Origin: Planctomycetota bacterium
GTDB lineage: Bacteria > Planctomycetota > PLA2 > JAEUHO01
Length of the DNA: 28,566 nt
Reading direction: 5' to 3'
Assembly: GCA_050248855.1 (NCBI GenBank)
Contig: JBFWRP010000040.1
Location: 1-28,566 of the forward strand
Shown one piece after another: positions 1 to 7,789 of the stretch (positions are counted from its first letter, which is position 1; every line of letters begins with the position of its first letter). The translations under genes and the position numbers were made by a program. Below the pieces are notes generated by a model. It was not told where the DNA came from. It saw only the letters and a program-made list of their open reading frames with translations, and did not search any database.

Positions 1-96
1 GGCCCTCTCTGCGGGTCGGTTGCGCGGTCAGCAACCTCCACAGTCGGCCGGGGGAGCGGCCCCCTTCACTCCATGCCCCCTTAAGTCACCGGCATT

Positions 97-332
97 GGTG
101 TCAGACACCGAAGTGCGACGTTCGCCGTCCGTCGGACCGCGACCGCTCCGTGTCAGGCACCCTGCCCACGTTGCTACCTCGGTCAACCGCCAGTCTCAGA
201 TGTGCCTTGCGTTGCCCGTAGAGGGACGACGCTCTCGCATCCGTTCCGCGCTCCCGCGCGGAGTGTGCGCTCAGGCTCCGCCCTCGCGGCATGGGTGCTA
301 GTCCCTACCACCCCTGCACCCCTCACGGTGCG
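97..332 (-). repeat. Diverged, inverted copy of repeat modules A + left arm + first half of B (same family as the 13188-14222 array)
   Basis: Reverse complement reads gcaccgtgaggggtgcagggg...tccgcgcgggagcgcggaacggatgcgagagcgtcgtccct...gggcaacgcaaggcacat...gttgaccgaggtagcaacgt...ggtgcctgacac...gtcgcggtccgacggacggcgaacgtcgcacttcggtgtctgacacc. It aligns colinearly with 13721-13918 and 13572-13631. Confidence 0.9.
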
Positions 333-374
333 GGAGCGCGGCGCGAAGCTCAGGCGCGTCGGCTGCTCGAGGAG

Positions 375-402
375 CCGATGCTGGTGTGCGACCGAGCATC
401 GG
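375..402. terminator. GC-rich hairpin downstream of the CAP gene; possible terminator or stability element
   Basis: CCGATGCT-GGT-gtgcg-ACC-g-AGCATCGG inverted repeat about 40 nt past the CAP stop; no U-tract. Confidence 0.3.
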
Positions 403-441
403 GCGAGCCGCACGTCCGCACCTCAGGGGCTGAACGCTTGC

Positions 442-960
442 CTACGGCGACAGGAAGGCCTGGGTCCAGTAGGGGCCGTTGCTGAGCAGCAGGCAGCCGA
501 CGCCGAGGTGGCTGAACCAATCGCTGAGGATGTTCTCGCGGTGGCCGGTGCTGTTCATCCAGCTGCGCATCACCTCGGCGGGCGTGGCCTGCGCCCGGGC
601 GATGTTCTCCCCCCAGGCCGACCAGCTGATGCCGGCCCGCGTGAGCCGGTCGTCGGGTTCGAGACCGTCGGGGTTCTTGTGCGCGAAGAAGCCGCGCGTG
701 CGCATGTCGCGGTTGTGGGCTTGCGCCACGGCGGCGGCCTCGGCGTGCCACGTGAGCTGATCGAGGTTGGCGCCCGCCCGCTCGGCGTTCGTCCGGTCGA
801 ACACCTCCAGGGCGTAGGCCATCTCCTCCTGCGTCATCTCGCCGTTGATCCCGGGGTCCTCGCTGGGCAGCTGGATGCCCGACGAGCCACCGGCGCCGCA
901 GCCTGCGAGCAGCAGTGCGCCGAGGACCATGGGAACGAGGCGGGTGATCAGCGGTCGCAT
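442..960 (-). CDS. CAP/SCP-domain (YkwD-like) lipoprotein
   Basis: Lipobox LLLAGC after a hydrophobic stretch; CAP motifs TNAER, AQAHNRDM...FFAH, GENIA, WMNSTGHRENIL, YWTQ. Start taken at ATG 960. Confidence 0.85.
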   Translation of the reverse strand: MRPLITRLVPMVLGALLLAGCGAGGSSGIQLPSEDPGINGEMTQEEMAYALEVFDRTNAERAGANLDQLTWHAEAAAVAQAHNRDMRTRGFFAHKNPDGLEPDDRLTRAGISWSAWGENIARAQATPAEVMRSWMNSTGHRENILSDWFSHLGVGCLLLSNGPYWTQAFLSP

Positions 961-1061
961 GCGGGAGCTCCAGCCGGACACGCCACCCTATCGGCAGATC
1001 GGACCCGTGGCCCGCACCCGAGCCGGGGCCAGCGGCCCGGACCGGCCCTACACTCGGCGCC

Positions 1062-1892
1062 ATGGACGGGGCCCTGGCTGCCTGGCTCGACTGGCTCGCG
1101 GCGGGCGGGGTCCGCCCCAGGCTGGCCGCCGACTTGGTGCGCGAGCCGGACGTGTTCGGCCCCTTCCCCCCGCGCGGCGGCCGCCGCGCGGCCTTCCGCG
1201 CAGGGGCCGGCGAGGCGTTCGACGAGCACCGCGCGCCGCACGAGGGCCTCCGGGCCGACCACGCGACCGCCAGCGTCGTCGCGGCCCTGGAGCAGCTCGA
1301 CCCCGGGCTCACGGGCCAGGTCGTCTGGGACGTCGGCTGCGGGACCGGCGTCCTCGCCGCCGCCGCCGTCCGCTTGGGAGCGCGCCACGTCGTGGGCACG
1401 GATCTCGACCCCGCCGCCCTGCCGCTGGCCCGCGCCACCGTCGCCACGACGGGCACGGCGCTGGCCGCGTACGCAGGTCCCGACGTGGAGGGCGTGCCCC
1501 CGTTCGAGCCCTGGCCGGATGTCGTGGTCGCCAACCTGCCCCACAAGCCCGCGTCGTGCGGCCCCTGGGTACCGCTGTCGCAGGCCGGGGGCGAAGACGG
1601 CTGCGCGGCCCACGAGGCGTTGGTGCGCAACCTTGCCCATCACCTGGCGCAAGGGTCACGCATCGTGTTCTTCCTGCACTCCCTGCCCGCGCCCCGCCTG
1701 CTCGCCCGCTACGCCGACCTCGGCGAGCTCACCTTGCTGCGCTGGAAGCTGAGGTGGTTCGGACGCGGCGAGTACGGCCCGGCGGCCGAGGGGTTCCGCC
1801 GGCGCGCCGCCGAGGGACGCTCGTGGCTGGTCCGCAGCAGCACGGGCCGCGAGGGTCTGGTGGCCGGCGTCTGGCTCGTCACCAAGCGATGA
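1062..1892 (+). CDS. Class I SAM-dependent methyltransferase (HemK/PrmA-like features)
   Basis: Motif I VWDVGCGTGVL, acidic GTDLD, DVVVANLPH (NPPY-like), GGEDG; stop overlaps the next start (ATGA). Confidence 0.75.
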   Translation: MDGALAAWLDWLAAGGVRPRLAADLVREPDVFGPFPPRGGRRAAFRAGAGEAFDEHRAPHEGLRADHATASVVAALEQLDPGLTGQVVWDVGCGTGVLAAAAVRLGARHVVGTDLDPAALPLARATVATTGTALAAYAGPDVEGVPPFEPWPDVVVANLPHKPASCGPWVPLSQAGGEDGCAAHEALVRNLAHHLAQGSRIVFFLHSLPAPRLLARYADLGELTLLRWKLRWFGRGEYGPAAEGFRRRAAEGRSWLVRSSTGREGLVAGVWLVTKR

Positions 1893-2695
1893 GCCTGCGC
1901 ACGCTGACCGTCATTGCGGACGACGCCGGGCTCGACCGGCACACGGATGACGCGATCTTGGCCGCCGCGCGCGCCGGAACGGTGCATGGGGCCTCCGTCA
2001 CGGCCACGGGCCCCACCGCAACGAGCTTCGTCCGACGCGCGCGTCGAGCCGGCCTGATGGTGGGCTTGCACGTGGACCTGACCGAGGGCTGCCCGCTCTC
2101 GGGCTGCCTCCCGGGCCTCACCGATGCCGAGGGGCGCTGGCCAGGCGGCAAGGCCGCGCTTGCGGCGGCGCCCGCTGCGGCGGGAGATGCGATCGCCGTC
2201 GAGGTGCGCCGCCAGTGGCAGCACCTCGTGCGCGCCGGCGCTACGCCGGCTTTCGTCAACGGCCACAACCACGTCCACGTCCTGCCCCCCGTCGCCCACG
2301 CGTTGTCGGCCGTCTTGGCGCGGGTCGCCAAGCAAGGGGTCTGGGTGCGCGTGCCGCGACCGGTGGTCGACGCGCCCACCGATCTCGCCGACACGTTGGA
2401 TGCGGAGCATCTCGAGGCCCTGGAGCGAACGCTCGCCCCCCACGAGCACCCCGAGGCGTTCGTGGGCCTCGCCACGATGGGCGATCCGTGCCCGGAGGCG
2501 CTGGGGCGCGAGCTCGATGCGGTGCCCCCCACCGCCACGTGGGTCGAGTGGATGGTGCACCCGGGTGGCCGTCCGGGCACGCGCTTCACGGAGTCGCCGG
2601 ACCGTGAGCGCGAAGCCCGGTGGCTCGTGGAACGCAAGGCGCTGGAGGCGCTGCTGGCGGAGCGGGGCTTCGTGCTGGGAGCTGGCCGCCCGTGA
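1889..2695 (+). CDS. YdjC/ChbG/HpnK-family carbohydrate deacetylase
   Basis: ADDAG, GLHVDL, NGHNHVH, EWMVHPG and R..E motifs; ATGA coupling upstream and GTGA coupling downstream. Confidence 0.85.
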   Translation: MSLRTLTVIADDAGLDRHTDDAILAAARAGTVHGASVTATGPTATSFVRRARRAGLMVGLHVDLTEGCPLSGCLPGLTDAEGRWPGGKAALAAAPAAAGDAIAVEVRRQWQHLVRAGATPAFVNGHNHVHVLPPVAHALSAVLARVAKQGVWVRVPRPVVDAPTDLADTLDAEHLEALERTLAPHEHPEAFVGLATMGDPCPEALGRELDAVPPTATWVEWMVHPGGRPGTRFTESPDREREARWLVERKALEALLAERGFVLGAGRP

Positions 2696-3729
2696 GCCGC
2701 CGCCTCTGCATCGTGCTCGTCACCGACGCCCTGACGCCACCGGCGCGCGGTAACGGCACCACCGTCGGACGCTGGATGGATGGCCTTCTCGAACGGGGCC
2801 ACGACGTGCGCGTGCACGACCCGCGCTCGGCCGCCCGGCGTGACGTCGCGCGGCACGCCGACCTGGTGCATGCCTACCACGCACGTCGTGCGGGCCCCGC
2901 GGGCGCGTCCATGGCGCGGGCCGCGGGCCGACCCCTCGTCGTGAGCCTGGGCGGCACCGACCTCTACGACCTCGAGGCAAGCCCCGCGGCGGCCACGCGC
3001 GCCGAGCGCGAGGCCCTCGCCGCCGCCGACGTCGTGACCGGCGCGTTCGCCTCCTTCGGACCGCGACTCGCCCGCGCGCTGGGCGCTGCGGACGCGCCGC
3101 GCTACGAGGTCGTGCGTCGCGGCGTGGAGGTCGATCCCGATGCCGGTGGTTGGCCGCGTCGTTCGGAGCGGCTCGAGGTGGTCCTGCCCGCCGGGCTGCG
3201 ACCGGTCAAGGATCCCATGACGGCGCTCGCCATGAGCCGCCGCTTGCACGCGGCCGGCGTCTCCCACCGTCTGCGCGTGTTGGGTGCCGAGCTCGACGGG
3301 GCGTACGCGGCCCGCGTCCGCGAAGCCGCGCGCGACCTGCCCTGGATCGAGCTGGGCCGTCGTTCGATGCTGGGCATGGCCGCCGCCTACCTGACGGCCC
3401 ATGTCGTGTGGAACACGAGCCTGCACGAAGGCGGTGCCAACGCACTGCTCGAGGGCCTGGCGCTGGGCTGCCGGCCCTGGGTGCGCGACGTTCCGGGCAA
3501 CCGCGACGCGGCAGGGCTCTACGAAGGGACGATCACCCTGTTCGAGCAACCCGACGACCCGCGCCTCGTACCGTGGCACGAGGCGGCCTGGGCCGAGACC
3601 GACGCGGAGCGGGTGGCCCGCCACGCGCGCACGGTGGACCTGCTGCGACGTCTTGCCGACCCGAGCGACGAGCTCGACGAGCTGGAGGCCGCCTACGACG
3701 CAGCGAGGTCCACCCACACGGGCGCGTGA
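2692..3729 (+). CDS. GT4 glycosyltransferase, SenB/GLT1D1-like
   Basis: GNGTTVGRW, HAYHARR, LGGTDLY, LPAGLRPVKDP, NTSLHEGGANALLE, RDVPGN; GTG start overlaps the upstream TGA. Confidence 0.8.
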   Translation: MSRRLCIVLVTDALTPPARGNGTTVGRWMDGLLERGHDVRVHDPRSAARRDVARHADLVHAYHARRAGPAGASMARAAGRPLVVSLGGTDLYDLEASPAAATRAEREALAAADVVTGAFASFGPRLARALGAADAPRYEVVRRGVEVDPDAGGWPRRSERLEVVLPAGLRPVKDPMTALAMSRRLHAAGVSHRLRVLGAELDGAYAARVREAARDLPWIELGRRSMLGMAAAYLTAHVVWNTSLHEGGANALLEGLALGCRPWVRDVPGNRDAAGLYEGTITLFEQPDDPRLVPWHEAAWAETDAERVARHARTVDLLRRLADPSDELDELEAAYDAARSTHTGA

Positions 3730-4466
3730 TCCGAGGGCTTGGAGCCCTTGCGCTCGTCGCGATCGATGTCGCAGGCCGTGGAGCGCTCGGCAATCGTCTC
3801 GGTGCCCAGGATCAGGTCGATGCGCAAGCCTGCGTTGCGCGGGAACCCGAGCTGGCGGTAGTCCCACCAGCTGTAGCGCCCGCCCTCGCGATGGTGCTCG
3901 CGGAACAGGTCGGAGAGCCCGAAGGCGCGCACCCCGGCCAGCGCCTCGTGCTCGCGCGGGTGGAAGTGCACCTGGCCGCGGAACGCCTCCGGGTCGTACA
4001 CGTCGCGCTCGTCGGGTGCGATGTTGAAGTCGCCCAGCACGACGAGCGGCATCGAGGGCTTGGCCGTGGCGTCCAGGAACGCACGGAGCCGTCCGAGCCA
4101 AGCCAGCTTGTACGCGAAGGGCGGCGTGTCCACCTCGCGACCGTTGGGCACGTAGACGTTGACGATGCGGATCCCGTCCACGGTGGCCGCCAGCAGGCGG
4201 CGCTCGGCGTCGGGCTCGTCGTCGTGCAAGCCACGCACGATGTCCTGCGGCCTGCTGCGCGAGAGCAGCGCCACGCCGTTGTACGTCTTCTGGCCGAAGG
4301 TCTCGACGTGGTAGCCCAGGGCCTCGAAGGGCTCGCGCGGGAAGTCCTCGTCCACGACCTTGGTTTCCTGCAGCGCCAGCACGTCGGGCGCGTGCTTGCG
4401 GACCCACGCCTCCGCGCGCTCGGCGCGGGCGCGGATGCTGTTCACGTTCCAAGACACGATCTTCAT
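3693..4466 (-). CDS. xth: Exodeoxyribonuclease III
   Basis: SWNVNSIR, LQETK, NVYVPNG, GDFNIA, YSWWDYR, GLRIDLIL, SDHAPV. Confidence 0.95.
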   Translation of the reverse strand: MKIVSWNVNSIRARAERAEAWVRKHAPDVLALQETKVVDEDFPREPFEALGYHVETFGQKTYNGVALLSRSRPQDIVRGLHDDEPDAERRLLAATVDGIRIVNVYVPNGREVDTPPFAYKLAWLGRLRAFLDATAKPSMPLVVLGDFNIAPDERDVYDPEAFRGQVHFHPREHEALAGVRAFGLSDLFREHHREGGRYSWWDYRQLGFPRNAGLRIDLILGTETIAERSTACDIDRDERKGSKPSDHAPVWVDLAAS

Positions 4467-4521
4467 GGGCGGGCGCGTACCCTACCGCGAACGCAGGTCG
4501 CGGGAGGAGAGGGAGCCCACC

Positions 4522-6354
4522 ATGCCGGACCAGCTCACGATGCTCGCGCTGCTGCTCGTACTGGGCGCGGTGGCGCAGTGGGCCGCGTGGCGCCTGCGGC
4601 TGCCGAGCATCCTGCTGCTGCTCGGTGTCGGGTTCTTCAGCGGCCCGGAGTGGCTGGGCTGGATCGACCCGGACGCGCTGTTGGGCAGCTTGCTGTTTCC
4701 CATCGTGGGTCTGTCCGTCGGCGTCATCCTCTTCGAAGGCGGGCTCGGCCTGCAGGCCAGGGAGTGGACGTCGCACGGCGGCGTGGTGACACGACTGGTC
4801 ACCGTCGGCGCGGGCGTCACGTGGGCCTTGGCCACCTTGGCGGCGTGGGGCCTCGCGGGCCTGCCCTGGGGGTTGGCCACGCTGCTCGGCGCGGTGCTGG
4901 TCGTCAGCGGACCGACCGTCGTGCTTCCCCTGCTCAAGCACGTGCACCCGCGCGGCCCCACGGGGCCCATCCTTCGCTGGGAAGGCATCCTGATCGATCC
5001 CGTCGGCGCGTTGCTCGCGCTGCTCGTCTACGAGGCCCTGTTGTTGCCGGGCTGGGGGGCCGTGGCCGGACACGGCATGGAGGGCGTCCTCCGCACGCTC
5101 GTGGTCGGTGGTGCGGGCGGCGCGCTGGGAGGCTTCGCCCTGGGGCACGCGCTGCGCCGCTACTGGATCCCGGACACGTTGCACAACGCGGTCACCCTCG
5201 CGCTCGTCGTCGGTGTGTTCGCGGGCGCGGACGCGTTGCAGCACGAGAGCGGCCTGCTGGCCGTGACCGTGATGGGCATCGTCGCTGCCAACCAACGGGG
5301 CGTGCCCGTGGGACCGATCCTCGAGTTCAAGGAGAACCTGCGAGTCCTCCTCATCTCCGGGCTGTTCCTGCTCCTGGCCGCCCGCGTGCGCCAGGCGGAT
5401 CTCGCCTTGCTGGACGCCGGCGCCTTCCTGTTCCTTGCCAGCTTGATCCTGGTGGTGCGCCCGGCGGCCGTGCTGGCCAGCACCTGGGGCTCGGACCTCG
5501 GCTGGAAGGACCGTGCGCTGCTCGCGTGGATCTGTCCACGCGGCATCGTGGCCGCGGCCGTGGCCAGCGTGTTCGGCCTGCGCCTGGTCGAGACCGGCTT
5601 CGAGGGGGCCGAGCGCCTCGTGCCGCTGACCTTCCTCGTGATCGTGGGCACCGTCGTGGTGTATGGCCTGACCGCCGGTCCGCTGGCGCGGCGGCTGGGC
5701 CTCTCCATCGGGAACCCGCAAGGGCTGTTGCTCGTAGGCGCCCACGGCTGGGCGCGGGAGCTGGCTCGCGCCGCCAAGGACGCCGGCATCACCGTGCGGT
5801 TGACCGACACGAACCGCTCGCACGTCCGCCAGGCGCGCCTCGCCGGCTTGGAGGCGTGGGGCGGCAACATCCTCGACGAGGGGGCGCTTGACGACGTGGA
5901 CCTCTCGGGCCTGGGCTACGTGCTTGCGCTCACGCCCAACGACCAGGTCAACGACCTGGTCGCCCAGCGCCTCCGCCACGAGTTCGGGAGCAGCGGGACC
6001 TACGTACTGGCGCGCGATCCCCTGGGCGAAGGGAGCGCCCCCCGTTCCGGGCGCGTGCTGTTCGGCCCCGAGATCGACCACTTTGCGATCAGCCGCCGCA
6101 TGGGGCGCCAGGGACGTGTCCGGGCGACACGCCTCACGGAGAAGTTCGACTACGCGGCGTTCCTCGCGCACCACGGCGAGCGCGCCCTGCCCCTCTTGGC
6201 CGTCGGGCCCCAGGGCCAGGTCACGATCCACGCCGTCGACCGGCCGCTGAAACCGGGCCCGGGAAGCACGGTCCTGGCCCTGGTCGAGGAGCCGCCCGAC
6301 GCAGGGCCCGGCGGCGCCTCGGATTCGGCTGGCCCGTCTGCCCGGCCTGCGTAG
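4522..6354 (+). CDS. CPA1 (NhaP-like) cation:proton antiporter with C-terminal NAD-binding/RCK-like domain
   Basis: Many hydrophobic helices, ILFEGGL, SGPTVV, WEGILIDP, PRGIVAAA, then soluble LLLVGAHGW...ALTPNDQVN; purine-rich RBS before ATG 4522. Confidence 0.9.
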   Translation: MPDQLTMLALLLVLGAVAQWAAWRLRLPSILLLLGVGFFSGPEWLGWIDPDALLGSLLFPIVGLSVGVILFEGGLGLQAREWTSHGGVVTRLVTVGAGVTWALATLAAWGLAGLPWGLATLLGAVLVVSGPTVVLPLLKHVHPRGPTGPILRWEGILIDPVGALLALLVYEALLLPGWGAVAGHGMEGVLRTLVVGGAGGALGGFALGHALRRYWIPDTLHNAVTLALVVGVFAGADALQHESGLLAVTVMGIVAANQRGVPVGPILEFKENLRVLLISGLFLLLAARVRQADLALLDAGAFLFLASLILVVRPAAVLASTWGSDLGWKDRALLAWICPRGIVAAAVASVFGLRLVETGFEGAERLVPLTFLVIVGTVVVYGLTAGPLARRLGLSIGNPQGLLLVGAHGWARELARAAKDAGITVRLTDTNRSHVRQARLAGLEAWGGNILDEGALDDVDLSGLGYVLALTPNDQVNDLVAQRLRHEFGSSGTYVLARDPLGEGSAPRSGRVLFGPEIDHFAISRRMGRQGRVRATRLTEKFDYAAFLAHHGERALPLLAVGPQGQVTIHAVDRPLKPGPGSTVLALVEEPPDAGPGGASDSAGPSARPA

Positions 6355-6375
6355 CCTTCCCTCGCGGAGGCATCC

Positions 6376-7560
6376 ATGACCGAAGGCACGTCCACCGAAC
6401 AGCCGCCCAAGGTGCTGTTCACGATCACGGAGGAGCACCTGGACACGGGGCTCCGCGGGTACCCGGTCGGCCACTGTCGCACGAGTGCCGTCAGCCCGGA
6501 GCTGGGCGTGACGTACGTCGGCTACACGCTCTGGGACCTTGCCGACCTGCCGGGCGAGGACGTGGTGTACCTCCTGCTCGAGAAGGAGCTTCCGACGCGC
6601 GAGCAGGCTCGCGCCTTCAAGGACGAGATGGCGCGACGCAGCGCCATCGACCCGCGCGTGTTCGACGCGCTGCGTGCCCTGCCCAAGGACGGGCACCCGA
6701 TGGAGTGGCTCATCGCCGGCCTCGCGCTGCTCGGCATGACGGGCAAGACCGACGACTACCGCGAGGACGCGCGCAACCTGATCGCGCGCATCAGCACGCT
6801 CGTGGCCGCCATCTACCGCATCCGCGAGGGCTGGGGCGACCCCATCGCACCGCGTCACGATCTGCCGCTGCACGAGAACTTCGTGCACATGCTGGGCCTG
6901 GACGATGCTTCGCCCGTGCTCGCGGACTTGTTGCGCCTCTTCTACGTCCTGCACATGGACCACGGCGGCGGCAACCTCAGCACGTTCGTCGGCAAGGCCG
7001 TGGCCTCGGGCAAGGCCGACATGTTCGCCTCGATCGCTTCCGCGATGGCGGCGCTGTACGGCCCGCGCCACGGTCGTGCCAACCAGGAGTGCCTGGAGTT
7101 CGTCAAGTCGATCGGCACGTCGGACAAGCCCGCCGTCGAGAAGCGCGTCCGCGACATCCTCGGAAGCGGCGGGCTCGTGTTCGGCTTCGGCCACGCCGTC
7201 CTGCGCCAAGAAGATCCGCGGGCCAAGATCCAGTACGCGTTCGGCCAGAAGCACTTCCCGGACAACGAGCTGGTCAAGACGGCGCTCGCGTTGCGCGAAG
7301 TCGTGCCGCCGATCCTCAAGGAGAACCCGAAGATCGCGAACCCGTACCCCAACGTGGACGCGGTCTCCGGCTCGCTGCTGACGGCCGCCGGTCTGGCGGA
7401 TCCCGGGTACTACACGCTGCTCTTCGGCTGGTCGCGCGTGGCGGGTATCGCCGCGCAGATCGTCGACGAGCGCATCGTGCCGGGGAAGAAGGACGGCTTC
7501 CCGATCTACCGGCCGAAGTACATCGCCCAAGGGCAGCCCCCGCGCGAGCGCAAGAAGTAG
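6376..7560 (+). CDS. gltA: Citrate synthase (eukaryote-like type)
   Basis: GLRG, HMDHGGGN, GPRHGRANQE, GFGHAVLR..DPR, PNVD; GGAGG RBS. Confidence 0.9.
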   Translation: MTEGTSTEQPPKVLFTITEEHLDTGLRGYPVGHCRTSAVSPELGVTYVGYTLWDLADLPGEDVVYLLLEKELPTREQARAFKDEMARRSAIDPRVFDALRALPKDGHPMEWLIAGLALLGMTGKTDDYREDARNLIARISTLVAAIYRIREGWGDPIAPRHDLPLHENFVHMLGLDDASPVLADLLRLFYVLHMDHGGGNLSTFVGKAVASGKADMFASIASAMAALYGPRHGRANQECLEFVKSIGTSDKPAVEKRVRDILGSGGLVFGFGHAVLRQEDPRAKIQYAFGQKHFPDNELVKTALALREVVPPILKENPKIANPYPNVDAVSGSLLTAAGLADPGYYTLLFGWSRVAGIAAQIVDERIVPGKKDGFPIYRPKYIAQGQPPRERKK

Positions 7561-7585
7561 GCGGCCGCGGGGTCTGCAGCAGGGT

Positions 7586-7705
7586 GGCGGGGATTTCTTC
7601 CGCAGCTTGCCGCCCTGGTCGTGCGCCTGCGGAAGTGCCCTTCGGCAAGCTGCGGAAGAATTCCCCGCCTCCGTACGGGCTTTGTCGCCAGCACGACGAG
7701 CTGAC
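7586..7705. repeat. Palindromic module C (27-bp arms, 30-nt loop, plus tail); probably also terminates the gltA transcript
   Basis: 7586-7612 pairs with 7643-7669 with one T.T mismatch; homologous to 13457-13576. Confidence 0.9.
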
Positions 7706-7789
7706 GCCCCCGAGGCGCGTCCGCCGACGGATCGGCCTCGCACGCACGCCACGGTTGACGGCCCCGGGCGGGGCGGCTTGGATGTCTGC

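Noticed and set aside
371..430. Resemblance to group II intron domain V (GAGCCG-ATGC ... GCCGCACGTCCG)
   Set aside because: It has a ~25-nt insertion, lacks the closing GTTC so the catalytic stem cannot form, and no domain VI or reverse transcriptase is visible; a simple hairpin explains it.
3693..3729. 37-nt convergent overlap of xth and the glycosyltransferase
   Set aside because: Short 3' overlaps are common in compact GC-rich genomes and there is no further signal.
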